Source: an uncultured virus (IMG/VR IMGVR_UViG_3300002835_004837) (lineage: Duplodnaviria > Heunggongvirae > Uroviricota > Caudoviricetes). From it: a DNA stretch of 64,000 nt. The position numbers and the translations under genes are program-made. Position 1 is the stretch's first letter; the number at the start of each line of letters is the position of its first letter. Positions 18,283 through 27,261 of this stretch are shown here, in pieces. The DNA is taken from the IMG/VR virus record IMGVR_UViG_3300002835_004837, one strand, 5' to 3'. A model generated the notes under the pieces. That model was not told the origin of the DNA and did not search any database. It saw nothing but the letters and a program-made list of their open reading frames with translations.

Positions 18283-19085
18283 CGCAAAGCACCTGTAAGA
18301 GCGGCGACGGCTGGTAGATCACCCTGGAACGCATATGTTCCAACATGTGTAGTCTTCATCCATGGGCATAGCCAAACCTTGATGCCAATAGCACGAGCAT
18401 TCTGACAGAACATATAGTCCTCCGATAGATAGCGGTGTGATTGTGGGTCGATGACTGTATCAAAGTAGGCGTGAATGTAGCGAGTACCATCAAAGTTGGC
18501 CTGACCGATATGATCTGGCTTATAGTTCAACTCTGGATACTTTTCAGCATAAGTATCAAACACTTCACGCTTTACCATCATGAAGCCGGTACCAATCTCC
18601 ATAACTTCAACTGGCTCGGTAACTCTGAATGACTTAGTACCAGGAACTGGATTGAAAACGAAGTCACCGGTGACCTGATCTAGCTCATTAGGATTGAAGC
18701 CTTCCTTGTCAGCATGGTTCTTAACTGCATTGACAATGTTAGCCCAATTGATTGTCTTCTTAGGATATGGACCACCAATGATATCACGATCCATTGCTAG
18801 AAGGGCGATAACATCTTGTGGATTGAACTGAATGTCGGCGTCGATAAACAACATATGAGTGCAACCAGAACGAAGAAATTCATCAACGAGATAGTTTCTG
18901 GCACGGGTGATTAGAGATTCATTGAAGATGAATGAGAAGCGACACTCCACGCCATACTGAATGCACAGCCCTTGAAGGTCTAAACATGCTTTGGCATAAA
19001 GTCCTGTGCAAACACCACCGTAGCAGGGGGTGGCGATAAACAACTTTCTCTTTCTCAATTCATCTGTTGTAATTTTAATTTCCAT
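18279..19085 (-). CDS. GT-A fold glycosyltransferase-like protein
   Basis: FIATPCYGG, ESLITRARN, LFIDADI (DxD), GGPYPKK, GTGFM, LSEDYMFC. Confidence 0.7.
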   Translation of the reverse strand: MEIKITTDELRKRKLFIATPCYGGVCTGLYAKACLDLQGLCIQYGVECRFSFIFNESLITRARNYLVDEFLRSGCTHMLFIDADIQFNPQDVIALLAMDRDIIGGPYPKKTINWANIVNAVKNHADKEGFNPNELDQVTGDFVFNPVPGTKSFRVTEPVEVMEIGTGFMMVKREVFDTYAEKYPELNYKPDHIGQANFDGTRYIHAYFDTVIDPQSHRYLSEDYMFCQNARAIGIKVWLCPWMKTTHVGTYAFQGDLPAVAALTGALR

Positions 19086-19102
19086 AATGTTCTCCATACA
19101 CG

Positions 19103-19133
19103 AAAAGCGTGGAGCCCAAAAAGGCACCACGCT
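19103..19133 (-). terminator. Stem-loop with U-tract
   Basis: AGCGTGGTGCC-TTTTT-GGGCTCCACGCT followed by TTT. Confidence 0.6.
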
Positions 19134-19157
19134 TATATATAGTATTCTTTTTAAGAA

Positions 19158-19379
19158 TTAGTTAGCAAGGCGATAGAAAGCGGTGCGCTTGCCATTGACC
19201 TTACGCCAATTGGTATAGATGGTGTAATGCTCACGAAGATCGTAAACTCGCTTGGCAACTGCCTCATATGGCACACGAGCCATGCGGGCAATAGAAGCGG
19301 CAGTAATGCCTGGACCAGTGTTATGGTTTAGCAGGGCGGTTTCAATCTTCTCAATCTGAGTCTTACGGGGTGTAGCCAT
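19158..19379 (-). CDS. Small basic protein, probable winged helix-turn-helix
   Basis: ITAASIARMARVPYEAVAKRVYDLR followed by a beta wing; SD GGAG upstream of MATPRK. Confidence 0.65.
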   Translation of the reverse strand: MATPRKTQIEKIETALLNHNTGPGITAASIARMARVPYEAVAKRVYDLREHYTIYTNWRKVNGKRTAFYRLAN

Positions 19380-19403
19380 TATATAATTCTCCATTCAAAG
19401 TTT

Positions 19404-19471
19404 TGGTGTTGGTGGTCGTGAAAGGAAAGGACCCGTGTATAACCACCAACACCATTTTATTATACACGGGT
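19404..19471 (-). other. Interlocked double inverted repeat (pseudoknot/switch-like structured element)
   Basis: 13-bp stem 19404-19416/19442-19454 and 12-bp stem 19431-19442/19460-19471. Confidence 0.75.
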
Positions 19472-19484
19472 ATTCTTATATTAC

Positions 19485-20672
19485 TTAGAAAGCAACTTCC
19501 GCAGTAACATCGGGAGTCGCCTGTTCAGCCACAGGAGCCGGGTCAATCGTCTCATCGACTTTCTTATACAGTTCCATGAAGGCATTCTTAGTATCCACAT
19601 CGAAACGGTTCAGACAAAGTTCAATTGCTTTCACTTTGTTCTGACCAAAGATTGCATAAGCCTCGCAGATATGAACGAGACGACGGGTAGAGATAATCTC
19701 GGACAAAGCACCTTCATAGAAGGACTTGCGAATAACATCTGCCCAAGTGACCATCTTATCAACAAAGTCGGTGTTAGAAACACCAGAAGCATTGAGGACA
19801 TTGTTGAGGATTTTAGCCTCAACTTTAGCAGACGGATATTCTTGTTCCATTGTAATGCTGAAACGCTCAAGGAACGCTTCGTTCATAACATTGGTGCCGA
19901 TGAAACGGCCGTCATCAGAACCCTTACCCTTAGTGTTTGCAGTTGCAATCACATTGAAGCCAGGAGCAGGATGAACAACACGATTGGTCTTTTTAAGATA
20001 AACAGCCTTGCCTTCAAGGACAGGCTGAAGGCACATCATCTTATTAGAACCAAGATCCACTTCGTCAAGAAGGAGAACGGCACCACGAGTCATGGCAGTA
20101 ACAACAGGTCCGTCCTGCCAGACAGTTTCACCGTTAACAAGGCGGAAGCCACCGATCAAATCATCTTCGTCGGTTTCAATAGTAATATTGACACGGACAC
20201 ATTCACGCTTTTCATTAGCGCAAACCTGTTCGACCATCATAGTCTTGCCGTTGCCAGAAAGACCAGTAATGTAAGCGGGATAAAACTTACGAGACTTGAT
20301 AATAGCACGAACATCAGGGAAGTTGCCAAACGGGACATAGCCAGTTGCCTTTTCAGGCACAAGCGACATTTCAGCATTATGCGAAAGAACAGACGGAGCA
20401 ACCATAGCAACTGCTACAGTCGGCTCAACGGGAGCCACAACCTTAGCAGGCTTAGAAACAACCTTAGCGGCAGTTTCAGAACCATGCTCGGTGATTGCAT
20501 AAAGACCACGACCGAGACGGCGGTCAGCATCATTCAAGAACCAATGAGGCCAAGCGAGATTATACTTTTCAGTAACCTCTTTAACCTGGGCACGAGTGAT
20601 TTCACGGATAGCACCAAACTCAAAACGCACCTTGTCGAAAAACTCGGTACGAGCAGCAGCAACCTTAGTCAT
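19485..20672 (-). CDS. MoxR/CobS-like AAA+ ATPase
   Basis: GLSGNGKT, ETDEDDLIGGF, LLLDEVD, TANTKGKG, NEAFLERF, ISTRRL. Start at MTKVAA behind AAAGGA. Confidence 0.92.
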   Translation of the reverse strand: MTKVAAARTEFFDKVRFEFGAIREITRAQVKEVTEKYNLAWPHWFLNDADRRLGRGLYAITEHGSETAAKVVSKPAKVVAPVEPTVAVAMVAPSVLSHNAEMSLVPEKATGYVPFGNFPDVRAIIKSRKFYPAYITGLSGNGKTMMVEQVCANEKRECVRVNITIETDEDDLIGGFRLVNGETVWQDGPVVTAMTRGAVLLLDEVDLGSNKMMCLQPVLEGKAVYLKKTNRVVHPAPGFNVIATANTKGKGSDDGRFIGTNVMNEAFLERFSITMEQEYPSAKVEAKILNNVLNASGVSNTDFVDKMVTWADVIRKSFYEGALSEIISTRRLVHICEAYAIFGQNKVKAIELCLNRFDVDTKNAFMELYKKVDETIDPAPVAEQATPDVTAEVAF

Positions 20673-20705
20673 ATGAGTTCCTTTCACAATTCTCATTATG
20701 CATAT

Positions 20706-20734
20706 ATTATAGCGGAAGGAAGGGCTTTTGTCAA
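20706..20734 (-). promoter_or_regulatory. sigma70-type early promoter
   Basis: TTGACA-N17-TATAAT. Confidence 0.85.
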
Positions 20735-20755
20735 GCCCCTCCTAAGTGTTTGATT

Positions 20756-22939
20756 TTACGCTACTTTCTTGGAATGACCAGCAATCCGTTCCACAAACTG
20801 GCGCAAAAGAACACGGTTTACCGTCTTTTTCTGGGCAAACTTGGAGAAAGCGGAAGCCATCTTTTTGACGGTCATTTTCTTATCACCGGAGTTATCGATT
20901 TCCAGATTGTTCTCCGTGTCTTTCATGGCAGAGGTGTTGATGATATAATACTCATCATAGCCCGCACTCTTGACAGGATAGTATTTGTTGTCACTCCAGT
21001 ATTTACGAGCCTTCGTAAAGGCATCGGGATTGCCATTAGAGATACCATACTCGTTATCAATACGCTTGAAGTTATTGTAGTCGTAAAGAAAGAAGCCGAC
21101 GAGATTGCAGCCGGTGCTATCTTTTAGAATACGCAGCAGCGTATTGGTGTTTTCACGAGTGGCACTCCAATGATGAGGATACCAATCGTAAGTCTTATTG
21201 GTGATCGGATCGACATAGAAATAACGAGTGTTATGCCCCTTTGTAAAGTTGCGAGGTTCGTTGGAGTTTTCAATACCAGCAGAACCATTCGACTCGCCAT
21301 CGGTGAGCCAAACAACATTCGTGATTTCCAGCTTGTTACGAGTCGTAAACTCACGGATGACCTTGGGTGCAATCATGATTGCATCATTAAGCGGGGTACC
21401 GCCCATTGTGTCACTCGCAAGATAATGACCCATACCAGCAGCCCAAAGGAACGACATTGCGAAATTCATTTCCTGAATGTTCATTCGGGAAGAGAGGAAG
21501 TTGCGCAATACCAAGCGGGAGCCTTTAATCACATTCTGCTTACCGATGTAAGAGAACGGATTATCAGCACCAGAATCCTTGAAGCCATAGACCTCGAAAG
21601 GCACACCAATCTGCTTACAGAACAGGGTAAGCGAAAACAACTGCTTCAAAGTCTCTTGAAGGTTGTAATGCATAGAACCGGACCAGTCAATGAACATAAC
21701 AAAGCCATGGTTCTTACCCTTAGGCGTAGTAGCAAGACGACGGAAGATATCGTCGTTATACTTGTAAGAATGAAGCTTGTTGGTGTCGATAACACCAGTC
21801 TTAGCCACATTGATACGAGCATAAAGTTCGGCAGCCTTACGCTGTTCAAACTCCTTGACCATGAAAGAGATTGTTTCTTTCTCTTTCATTTTCCACTGGG
21901 TCATAAGACGACGGCAATCATCAAATGCCGCATTGCTAAGAGGCGTAGCATAAGGCGACTTTTTATTGCCAGAAAGTTCATCACGCCAATCTTTGATAAC
22001 GACCTTATAGTCATTAACAGCCTTATCCCAATTGACATTAGGCATTGTCAGATAAACGAAAGTGGAGTTTTCGTTCTTAACAATTTCCTCAGACTTACGC
22101 TGCCAAGTTTCATCAGTCTCGGAGCGAGGAGCATTAGAAGGAGCCTCTGACTGACCAGCGCCCTTACCGAAGCCACCAGCACCCGAAGACTCGCCTTCGC
22201 TTCTTACACCCTGGCTTTTGCCGTTTTCATCTCCATCACCTTCATCACCATCAATTTCCTCATAATCAAGGTCGTCAAGATCAACATCATCATCACCTTC
22301 TCCTGCAATTAGGTCGATTTCCATTTCATTTTGTTCTTCGAGTTTCTTCTTACAATAGGCGTAAATTTCCTCAGTAAGAGAAACAACATCATCCCAAGTT
22401 TCAGCGTTTTCAACTTTCTTGAGAAGAACCTTTTCTTCGGAAGAGAAGGTAATATTCATATGCACATTACCACCCTTGAAATAGATATTCAAGCGGTCGA
22501 TAAAGTTCATTGAATTGATATCACGGTTAGCGGTACCGAAAAAGTCACGCTCAACCAGTTCTTTGTAGCCAGCAAGATAGTTGCGACGGCAGCCAGGATA
22601 ACGGCGCTTTTGACGCTTATCAATACGAGCATCCTCGATAACATTCAAGAAGCCTTGAACGGTACGACGGAGAGCCTCGGAGACTTTCTCACCAGGAAAA
22701 ATCTTAGCAGCAAGATCATCGGCAGTCTGCTTATAAACATCGGCAGACGGAGTATCAAGAGCATGACCAGTTTCATGAACCAGCAAAAGGTCCTCAAGGT
22801 CATTAGAGATACCCTGCCAGATGGGCAGCATAAGGACACGGTTCTTAAGGTCAAACATAGCCGTCTTAAGCGCCGGGTTGCGCTGGACGGTGATGTTTTC
22901 CGTAGCGAGGAGTTTAGCAAGAAGCGACTTATCCGACAT
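20756..22939 (-). CDS. CobT-like metallopeptidase-VWA protein (partner of the AAA+ ATPase)
   Basis: HETGH (HExxH), NVIEDARI, acidic linker, DWSGSM MIDAS, GGTPL, LTDGES. Confidence 0.9.
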   Translation of the reverse strand: MSDKSLLAKLLATENITVQRNPALKTAMFDLKNRVLMLPIWQGISNDLEDLLLVHETGHALDTPSADVYKQTADDLAAKIFPGEKVSEALRRTVQGFLNVIEDARIDKRQKRRYPGCRRNYLAGYKELVERDFFGTANRDINSMNFIDRLNIYFKGGNVHMNITFSSEEKVLLKKVENAETWDDVVSLTEEIYAYCKKKLEEQNEMEIDLIAGEGDDDVDLDDLDYEEIDGDEGDGDENGKSQGVRSEGESSGAGGFGKGAGQSEAPSNAPRSETDETWQRKSEEIVKNENSTFVYLTMPNVNWDKAVNDYKVVIKDWRDELSGNKKSPYATPLSNAAFDDCRRLMTQWKMKEKETISFMVKEFEQRKAAELYARINVAKTGVIDTNKLHSYKYNDDIFRRLATTPKGKNHGFVMFIDWSGSMHYNLQETLKQLFSLTLFCKQIGVPFEVYGFKDSGADNPFSYIGKQNVIKGSRLVLRNFLSSRMNIQEMNFAMSFLWAAGMGHYLASDTMGGTPLNDAIMIAPKVIREFTTRNKLEITNVVWLTDGESNGSAGIENSNEPRNFTKGHNTRYFYVDPITNKTYDWYPHHWSATRENTNTLLRILKDSTGCNLVGFFLYDYNNFKRIDNEYGISNGNPDAFTKARKYWSDNKYYPVKSAGYDEYYIINTSAMKDTENNLEIDNSGDKKMTVKKMASAFSKFAQKKTVNRVLLRQFVERIAGHSKKVA

Positions 22940-22964
22940 ATGTGTTCCTTTCACGATTTTCATA

Positions 22965-22993
22965 AGTATAGCAAATCAGGCCGGGTTTGTCAA
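22965..22993 (-). promoter_or_regulatory. sigma70-type early promoter
   Basis: TTGACA-N17-TATACT. Confidence 0.85.
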
Positions 22994-23146
22994 GTCCTAA
23001 TGGAATCAATCACTTACGAAGATATACATATAGCCAAGAAACGGAATAGATCAGAATGTAAACGGCAGCGACCATTAGGAAAACTTCCGCAATCTCACCG
23101 GTATGCTTAAGCTTATCAAAATCGAAATAGTTAGGGGTATAATGCA

Positions 23147-24763
23147 TCATTTAACCTTTCTGAAAACGAAAACGGGTTCATATTTCAGCATGATCTTTTT
23201 GCCATTGTTTTCAATCTGACAAAAGTTTTTCATCTTGCCTTCAAGGATGACTTCCGTTTCTTCTTCGCCGGTAATAGGGTTGATTGTTACCTTTTCACCA
23301 GTCTCAACCATTCTGTTTCCGCCCGGCATTTGAGCAAGAGCCATCTTTAGAGTTCCGACATATTCCATTCCCAACTCTTTTAATATATTACAGGAATCTT
23401 CCTCTAATGTCAATAGCTTCCCATCAAATGCAGCATCAGCAATGTTCCAAAGAAGATAACGATCCGGTCGTAGGTAGCTAACGGCAGTCTCCAGAGTAGG
23501 TCGTAGAAAACCATCAACCCAATCCTCATATTGCGAAAACTTGTGACAAGATTGTTCGGGATCATCCGAATAGACCTCTTTTGCAAAATAAGGTGGTGAA
23601 GTGAACACCATATCAAGCTTGCCCTTATACTTTTGAAAGCCAGGCTGAAACTGTGCTACCTCAGACCCACACTGAAAAATCTCATATGTGTGTGACTTAG
23701 GGAACAGACTGCCATTCTCTCTTACATTCTCATTGAAGAAATCTGCCACTTCATGGTACTTAGTGCGACCAGGAGTAGTGTTATGGTCTGTATTAGGATC
23801 AGTACCAATGTAATGAATCGTTCTCTTGTCATCTACAGACATAGCTCCTACGATACGACCTGCCCAACCACTAGAAGGATCCCAAATGTTGATTACATCT
23901 TGATCCTTGATATGATCAGTGAAACGCTCATAAAGATAACGAGCGGTGAGTGGTGGATAGTTCACCGCATACTGACAGAAAGACACTCTAAATGATTTAA
24001 GACCTAGAGGGAATATCTTCTGTCCTAGTTTGAATAGACGAATGGTGTATGCATTGGTCTTGTTACGATCAACATTGGTGCGACAACGCTCTGGTACCTT
24101 ATCAGCATAATCAGCGTCCACAATCACATTCTGTTTCTTGCCTAGAGTAGCAGAATAGCCTGTGTAAACCTTATCTTCTTTGATAGGGCAAAGCCAGTAG
24201 TCCCAACCTTCTTTGTCTTTCATAAACTCAATAAACTGGTCAGCAGACTCAACATGATATGGAATGTTGTTTATGCGTCCGGTATCACCAATGCTAATAG
24301 GATTGGAATAATGGTAAAAAGAGTCACGCTTAAAGTGTCTAGAGGCATAAGTAACGAAGGTGTCCAGATAGTCATCATCAGCAAAATAATCATAGATCGA
24401 CTTAGCCTTGCCTTTTGTTGAATATGAAATGCCCGTCTTCATCATGGTAGGGAACCATTGATTGACAGCATTGCCTACTACAGAGGTGTTACGAATAACA
24501 TCTTTCTCACCTGTGCGAAGGTCGAGCGTTTCAAACTCATGAACTGGAAATGAAACCATCTTCTGAAAGTTATCAACTATACCATCTTTGGTAAAACCCA
24601 CACGAGGAGGAATGCCTTCTTCATCCCATAAGCGCACAACCTCTTTACGCATATCAATGACCCACTGACGAAACTCATCATTGGTCATCCATAGCAGTTC
24701 TTCAAATGTCTTATTGACAGGAGAGTTTAGTAACTGGTCATTGCGTTCATAAAACCATTGCAT
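23147..24763 (-). CDS. Amino-(N4-C/N6-A type) DNA methyltransferase-like protein
   Basis: WDPSSGWAGR (motif I variant), YIGTDPN, FTSPPY (motif IV), long N-terminal region. Confidence 0.75.
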   Translation of the reverse strand: MQWFYERNDQLLNSPVNKTFEELLWMTNDEFRQWVIDMRKEVVRLWDEEGIPPRVGFTKDGIVDNFQKMVSFPVHEFETLDLRTGEKDVIRNTSVVGNAVNQWFPTMMKTGISYSTKGKAKSIYDYFADDDYLDTFVTYASRHFKRDSFYHYSNPISIGDTGRINNIPYHVESADQFIEFMKDKEGWDYWLCPIKEDKVYTGYSATLGKKQNVIVDADYADKVPERCRTNVDRNKTNAYTIRLFKLGQKIFPLGLKSFRVSFCQYAVNYPPLTARYLYERFTDHIKDQDVINIWDPSSGWAGRIVGAMSVDDKRTIHYIGTDPNTDHNTTPGRTKYHEVADFFNENVRENGSLFPKSHTYEIFQCGSEVAQFQPGFQKYKGKLDMVFTSPPYFAKEVYSDDPEQSCHKFSQYEDWVDGFLRPTLETAVSYLRPDRYLLWNIADAAFDGKLLTLEEDSCNILKELGMEYVGTLKMALAQMPGGNRMVETGEKVTINPITGEEETEVILEGKMKNFCQIENNGKKIMLKYEPVFVFRKVK

Positions 24764-25724
24764 TTAGCATTCCTTCAAACTGTGCATAATATTGGTCAGG
24801 CGTCTTGAGGACGGTAAAAAGTTTGTTCTCAATTTCTTCGAAGTGATCAATATACTCTAAACTGTGATACTTGTCAAGATACTCATCGAATGATCTTACC
24901 CTCTGCCAATCGGTAGCGACAAAGGTTTTATCTTCGTCATAGTTATCCCAGACAAAGGGAAAGATGCCACATGCAACGGCTTCAACATATCTTGAGGTTG
25001 TTGCTTTAGGATCCATCCAGTTAAAGCATAATGTGGACCGTGAAAGCAATAGAGTAGGAAGAATGTCTTTCATCTTACCCCATCTTTGGTCTCTCTTGAA
25101 ACCATGAAAACGACCAATGAACCATGTATCAAGGTCGCTCTTATGAATCTGTTTTAGAATTGTATGGCGCTGGTCGCCTGATAGCTTACCATCAATTGTC
25201 TTGCGCTTGTCCGAACCCCAATATACAAAGTCAATCGTCTTCTCATCATGAGGGAAAAGAAAACTATGGTTCTTGATGAAACGATATTTCATACCATGAA
25301 CATTACCAAAGTCACATTCATCAATCGTCTCATATGTAATGTTCATATTAGGGAAGACTTTAGTTCTGTATAGTTCTTCATCGTCACGGCGATCTGACCG
25401 TAGAATGATGACCTTCTTGCCTTCAAAGTATGGTTTGATTGTCTCAAGATGCTCATTAGATCGTTTCAAATCTAATGTGTGAATAGCACCAGGGATCCAA
25501 TAAGTGAACTCTGCTTCACTGGGTATGATGATAATGTCTGCATTTTTGATTGCTTCTGGTTCACGACGAGGCTTCATGTTGAAACCGAAATTGTAATAAT
25601 ACCATTCATGCTCAGGATGATTGCGCACATACAACTTTAGCAACTCAAAGAATGAGTCCATGATATGTTCCAACGGAACGATATAGTTAGCCGAAGAACG
25701 GAGACGACAAATACAAATCTTCAT
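24747..25724 (-). CDS. T4 DNA beta-glucosyltransferase-like GT-B enzyme
   Basis: By eye, MKICI..., KTIDFVYWGS...SGDQR and TTSRYVEAVACG...YDEDK parallel T4 BGT MKIAI, KTLDVIYGGS..SGQR and ITLRVWETMASD...FDTKH. Start at MKICICR (ATGA overlap). Confidence 0.65.
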   Translation of the reverse strand: MKICICRLRSSANYIVPLEHIMDSFFELLKLYVRNHPEHEWYYYNFGFNMKPRREPEAIKNADIIIIPSEAEFTYWIPGAIHTLDLKRSNEHLETIKPYFEGKKVIILRSDRRDDEELYRTKVFPNMNITYETIDECDFGNVHGMKYRFIKNHSFLFPHDEKTIDFVYWGSDKRKTIDGKLSGDQRHTILKQIHKSDLDTWFIGRFHGFKRDQRWGKMKDILPTLLLSRSTLCFNWMDPKATTSRYVEAVACGIFPFVWDNYDEDKTFVATDWQRVRSFDEYLDKYHSLEYIDHFEEIENKLFTVLKTPDQYYAQFEGMLNAMVL

Positions 25725-26527
25725 CCTGCTACATTCCATACCAGACAAGGCTCTTTTCGGGAGTGTCCTTCGTGATATTCTTTCATGACATGCCATACCT
25801 TTGCATCATAGGTAGGTGCAGAAGGATAAGGCGGTGTATGTTCTTTCTTCACTGGCTTGTCAAACTTGTATGGCGACTTGTGCAGTATGGCACGCCCGAT
25901 TTCTCTAGGGCCCATTGTATGTCCTACAGATACCACATGAACTTCTGCATCAGGCCATGCAAGTTGCAATGCTCTCGTTAGAGTGCCAGATGATCCTACG
26001 GACCAGACCTCTTTGGGAGAAACCGCAATAGAACGAGCAACACGAATAATACAAGCAATCGAGGTAGGGTGTTCAACACCAATTGGAAGTAATGCTCTTT
26101 CGTCAGGCAATTCTGCAACATAGTCTTTAGCCCTCTTTTGCGTAACCGGAAGCATACCGTTCGGGACCCAATGATATTCACCGCCAAGTTCAATGCCACG
26201 CTTTTGATACTCATGTAATTTATCCATCGATCTTTCTGCCATAAAGATTACGGCTTTTTTGTTATAACGATTGCAAATGAAGGGGAGGGAGATTTGAGCA
26301 TAGCCAGTTGCAGGCGATGATCCATACACCCACTCTTTTATGTTTGCATATTCAGTCGCATGACCAATAAGATAGTCACCGGCTCTCGCCTTAGAACCAA
26401 CAGAAAGAAGGTCATCACGAACAACATGATAACCTTCGTGTTCTACAATCACTGGTGCAGGATTGGGATCAACCCAATTGCCGATTAGGCTTAGATAGTC
26501 TTCTGCTGTTTCATTGTATAGCGTCAT
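25721..26527 (-). CDS. PLP-dependent enzyme, fold type II
   Basis: VVRDDLL..GSKAR (Schiff-base Lys), SPATGYAQ, SVGSSGTL phosphate-binding loop, YDAK. Confidence 0.8.
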   Translation of the reverse strand: MTLYNETAEDYLSLIGNWVDPNPAPVIVEHEGYHVVRDDLLSVGSKARAGDYLIGHATEYANIKEWVYGSSPATGYAQISLPFICNRYNKKAVIFMAERSMDKLHEYQKRGIELGGEYHWVPNGMLPVTQKRAKDYVAELPDERALLPIGVEHPTSIACIIRVARSIAVSPKEVWSVGSSGTLTRALQLAWPDAEVHVVSVGHTMGPREIGRAILHKSPYKFDKPVKKEHTPPYPSAPTYDAKVWHVMKEYHEGHSRKEPCLVWNVAG

Positions 26528-26726
26528 CTTTGCTCACTAGTTCAAAAGCATCCTCAGGGAATGTTTTATTTGGTTGCTGACCGATAAGTGTTACAATACC
26601 AGCGTCGGCAATCATCTTGTCTATTATGTATATCTCATCTATTAGAAGTTCACGATTGACATAAGGAAAGCCTGGCTTCAATCTTACAACATCACCAGAC
26701 TTAAATGTGTTAAAGTCAACTTTCAC
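26511..26726 (-). CDS. Hypothetical protein
   Basis: ORF overlapping neighbours; FKSGDVVRLK small beta-barrel-like start. Confidence 0.6.
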   Translation of the reverse strand: MKVDFNTFKSGDVVRLKPGFPYVNRELLIDEIYIIDKMIADAGIVTLIGQQPNKTFPEDAFELVSKDDAIQ

Positions 26727-26899
26727 TTCCAGCGATCCTTAATCTCTTTCACCCGCTCATTCATAAATGTTTCTAGAATCTCACGAACATTGTCATACTT
26801 AGGATTGTTTCTCACATGATATAATTCTAGGGTATAAGCAGAGAGAACAAGTTGTTCATGCGAGTAGTGGTGGGTCTTGTGCGGGTCTGGTTTTTCCAT
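26723..26899 (-). CDS. Hypothetical protein (MEKPDP...)
   Basis: TAATG overlap with the upstream gene. Confidence 0.55.
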   Translation of the reverse strand: MEKPDPHKTHHYSHEQLVLSAYTLELYHVRNNPKYDNVREILETFMNERVKEIKDRWK

Positions 26900-27138
26900 T
26901 AGTGAAATGCTCCTGTTTTGATTAGGCCAGAGACATAGATTAAAGTAATCACCAACTGGATTATGATTAACGACCACTTACGCCATGATAGAGCAACAAC
27001 AAGCCATCCTAGATTACCTGCCATTGATAGATAGACATTAAGCGGGTATATGTTTACAGAGGTTAAATAGGCACCACACAATAGAATTGCTGTTGATGCC
27101 CACTCAAATACAAACTCAACTTGCTTCGGCACAGACAT
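26899..27138 (-). CDS. Small 3-TM membrane protein
   Basis: Three hydrophobic segments, YPLN motif. Confidence 0.65.
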   Translation of the reverse strand: MSVPKQVEFVFEWASTAILLCGAYLTSVNIYPLNVYLSMAGNLGWLVVALSWRKWSLIIIQLVITLIYVSGLIKTGAFH

Positions 27139-27261
27139 TTACATCACCCATTTGCGAGAGTCCGGTCCACAGATTATCTATGTTATAGGTATAATACCCA
27201 AAGGGAGTATTAACAATGGTAATCATATCGATTCCTTTCATTGATGATCTATCATAGATGA

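Noticed and set aside
19485..22939. Cobalamin biosynthesis (cobS/cobT) AMG
   Set aside because: This MoxR-VWA pair is widespread in T4-like phages, carries an HExxH domain, and no cobN or other cob genes are present
20672..22963. Shared N-terminal peptide M(R/K)IVKGTHM in the AAA and VWA proteins
   Set aside because: It is the translated promoter-proximal leader containing the SD AAAGGA, so the true starts are most likely the downstream ATGs
19671..23110. Long plus-strand ORFs (360, 326, 166 aa) and other plus-strand ORFs
   Set aside because: Antisense shadows of well-supported minus-strand genes, with no recognisable motifs
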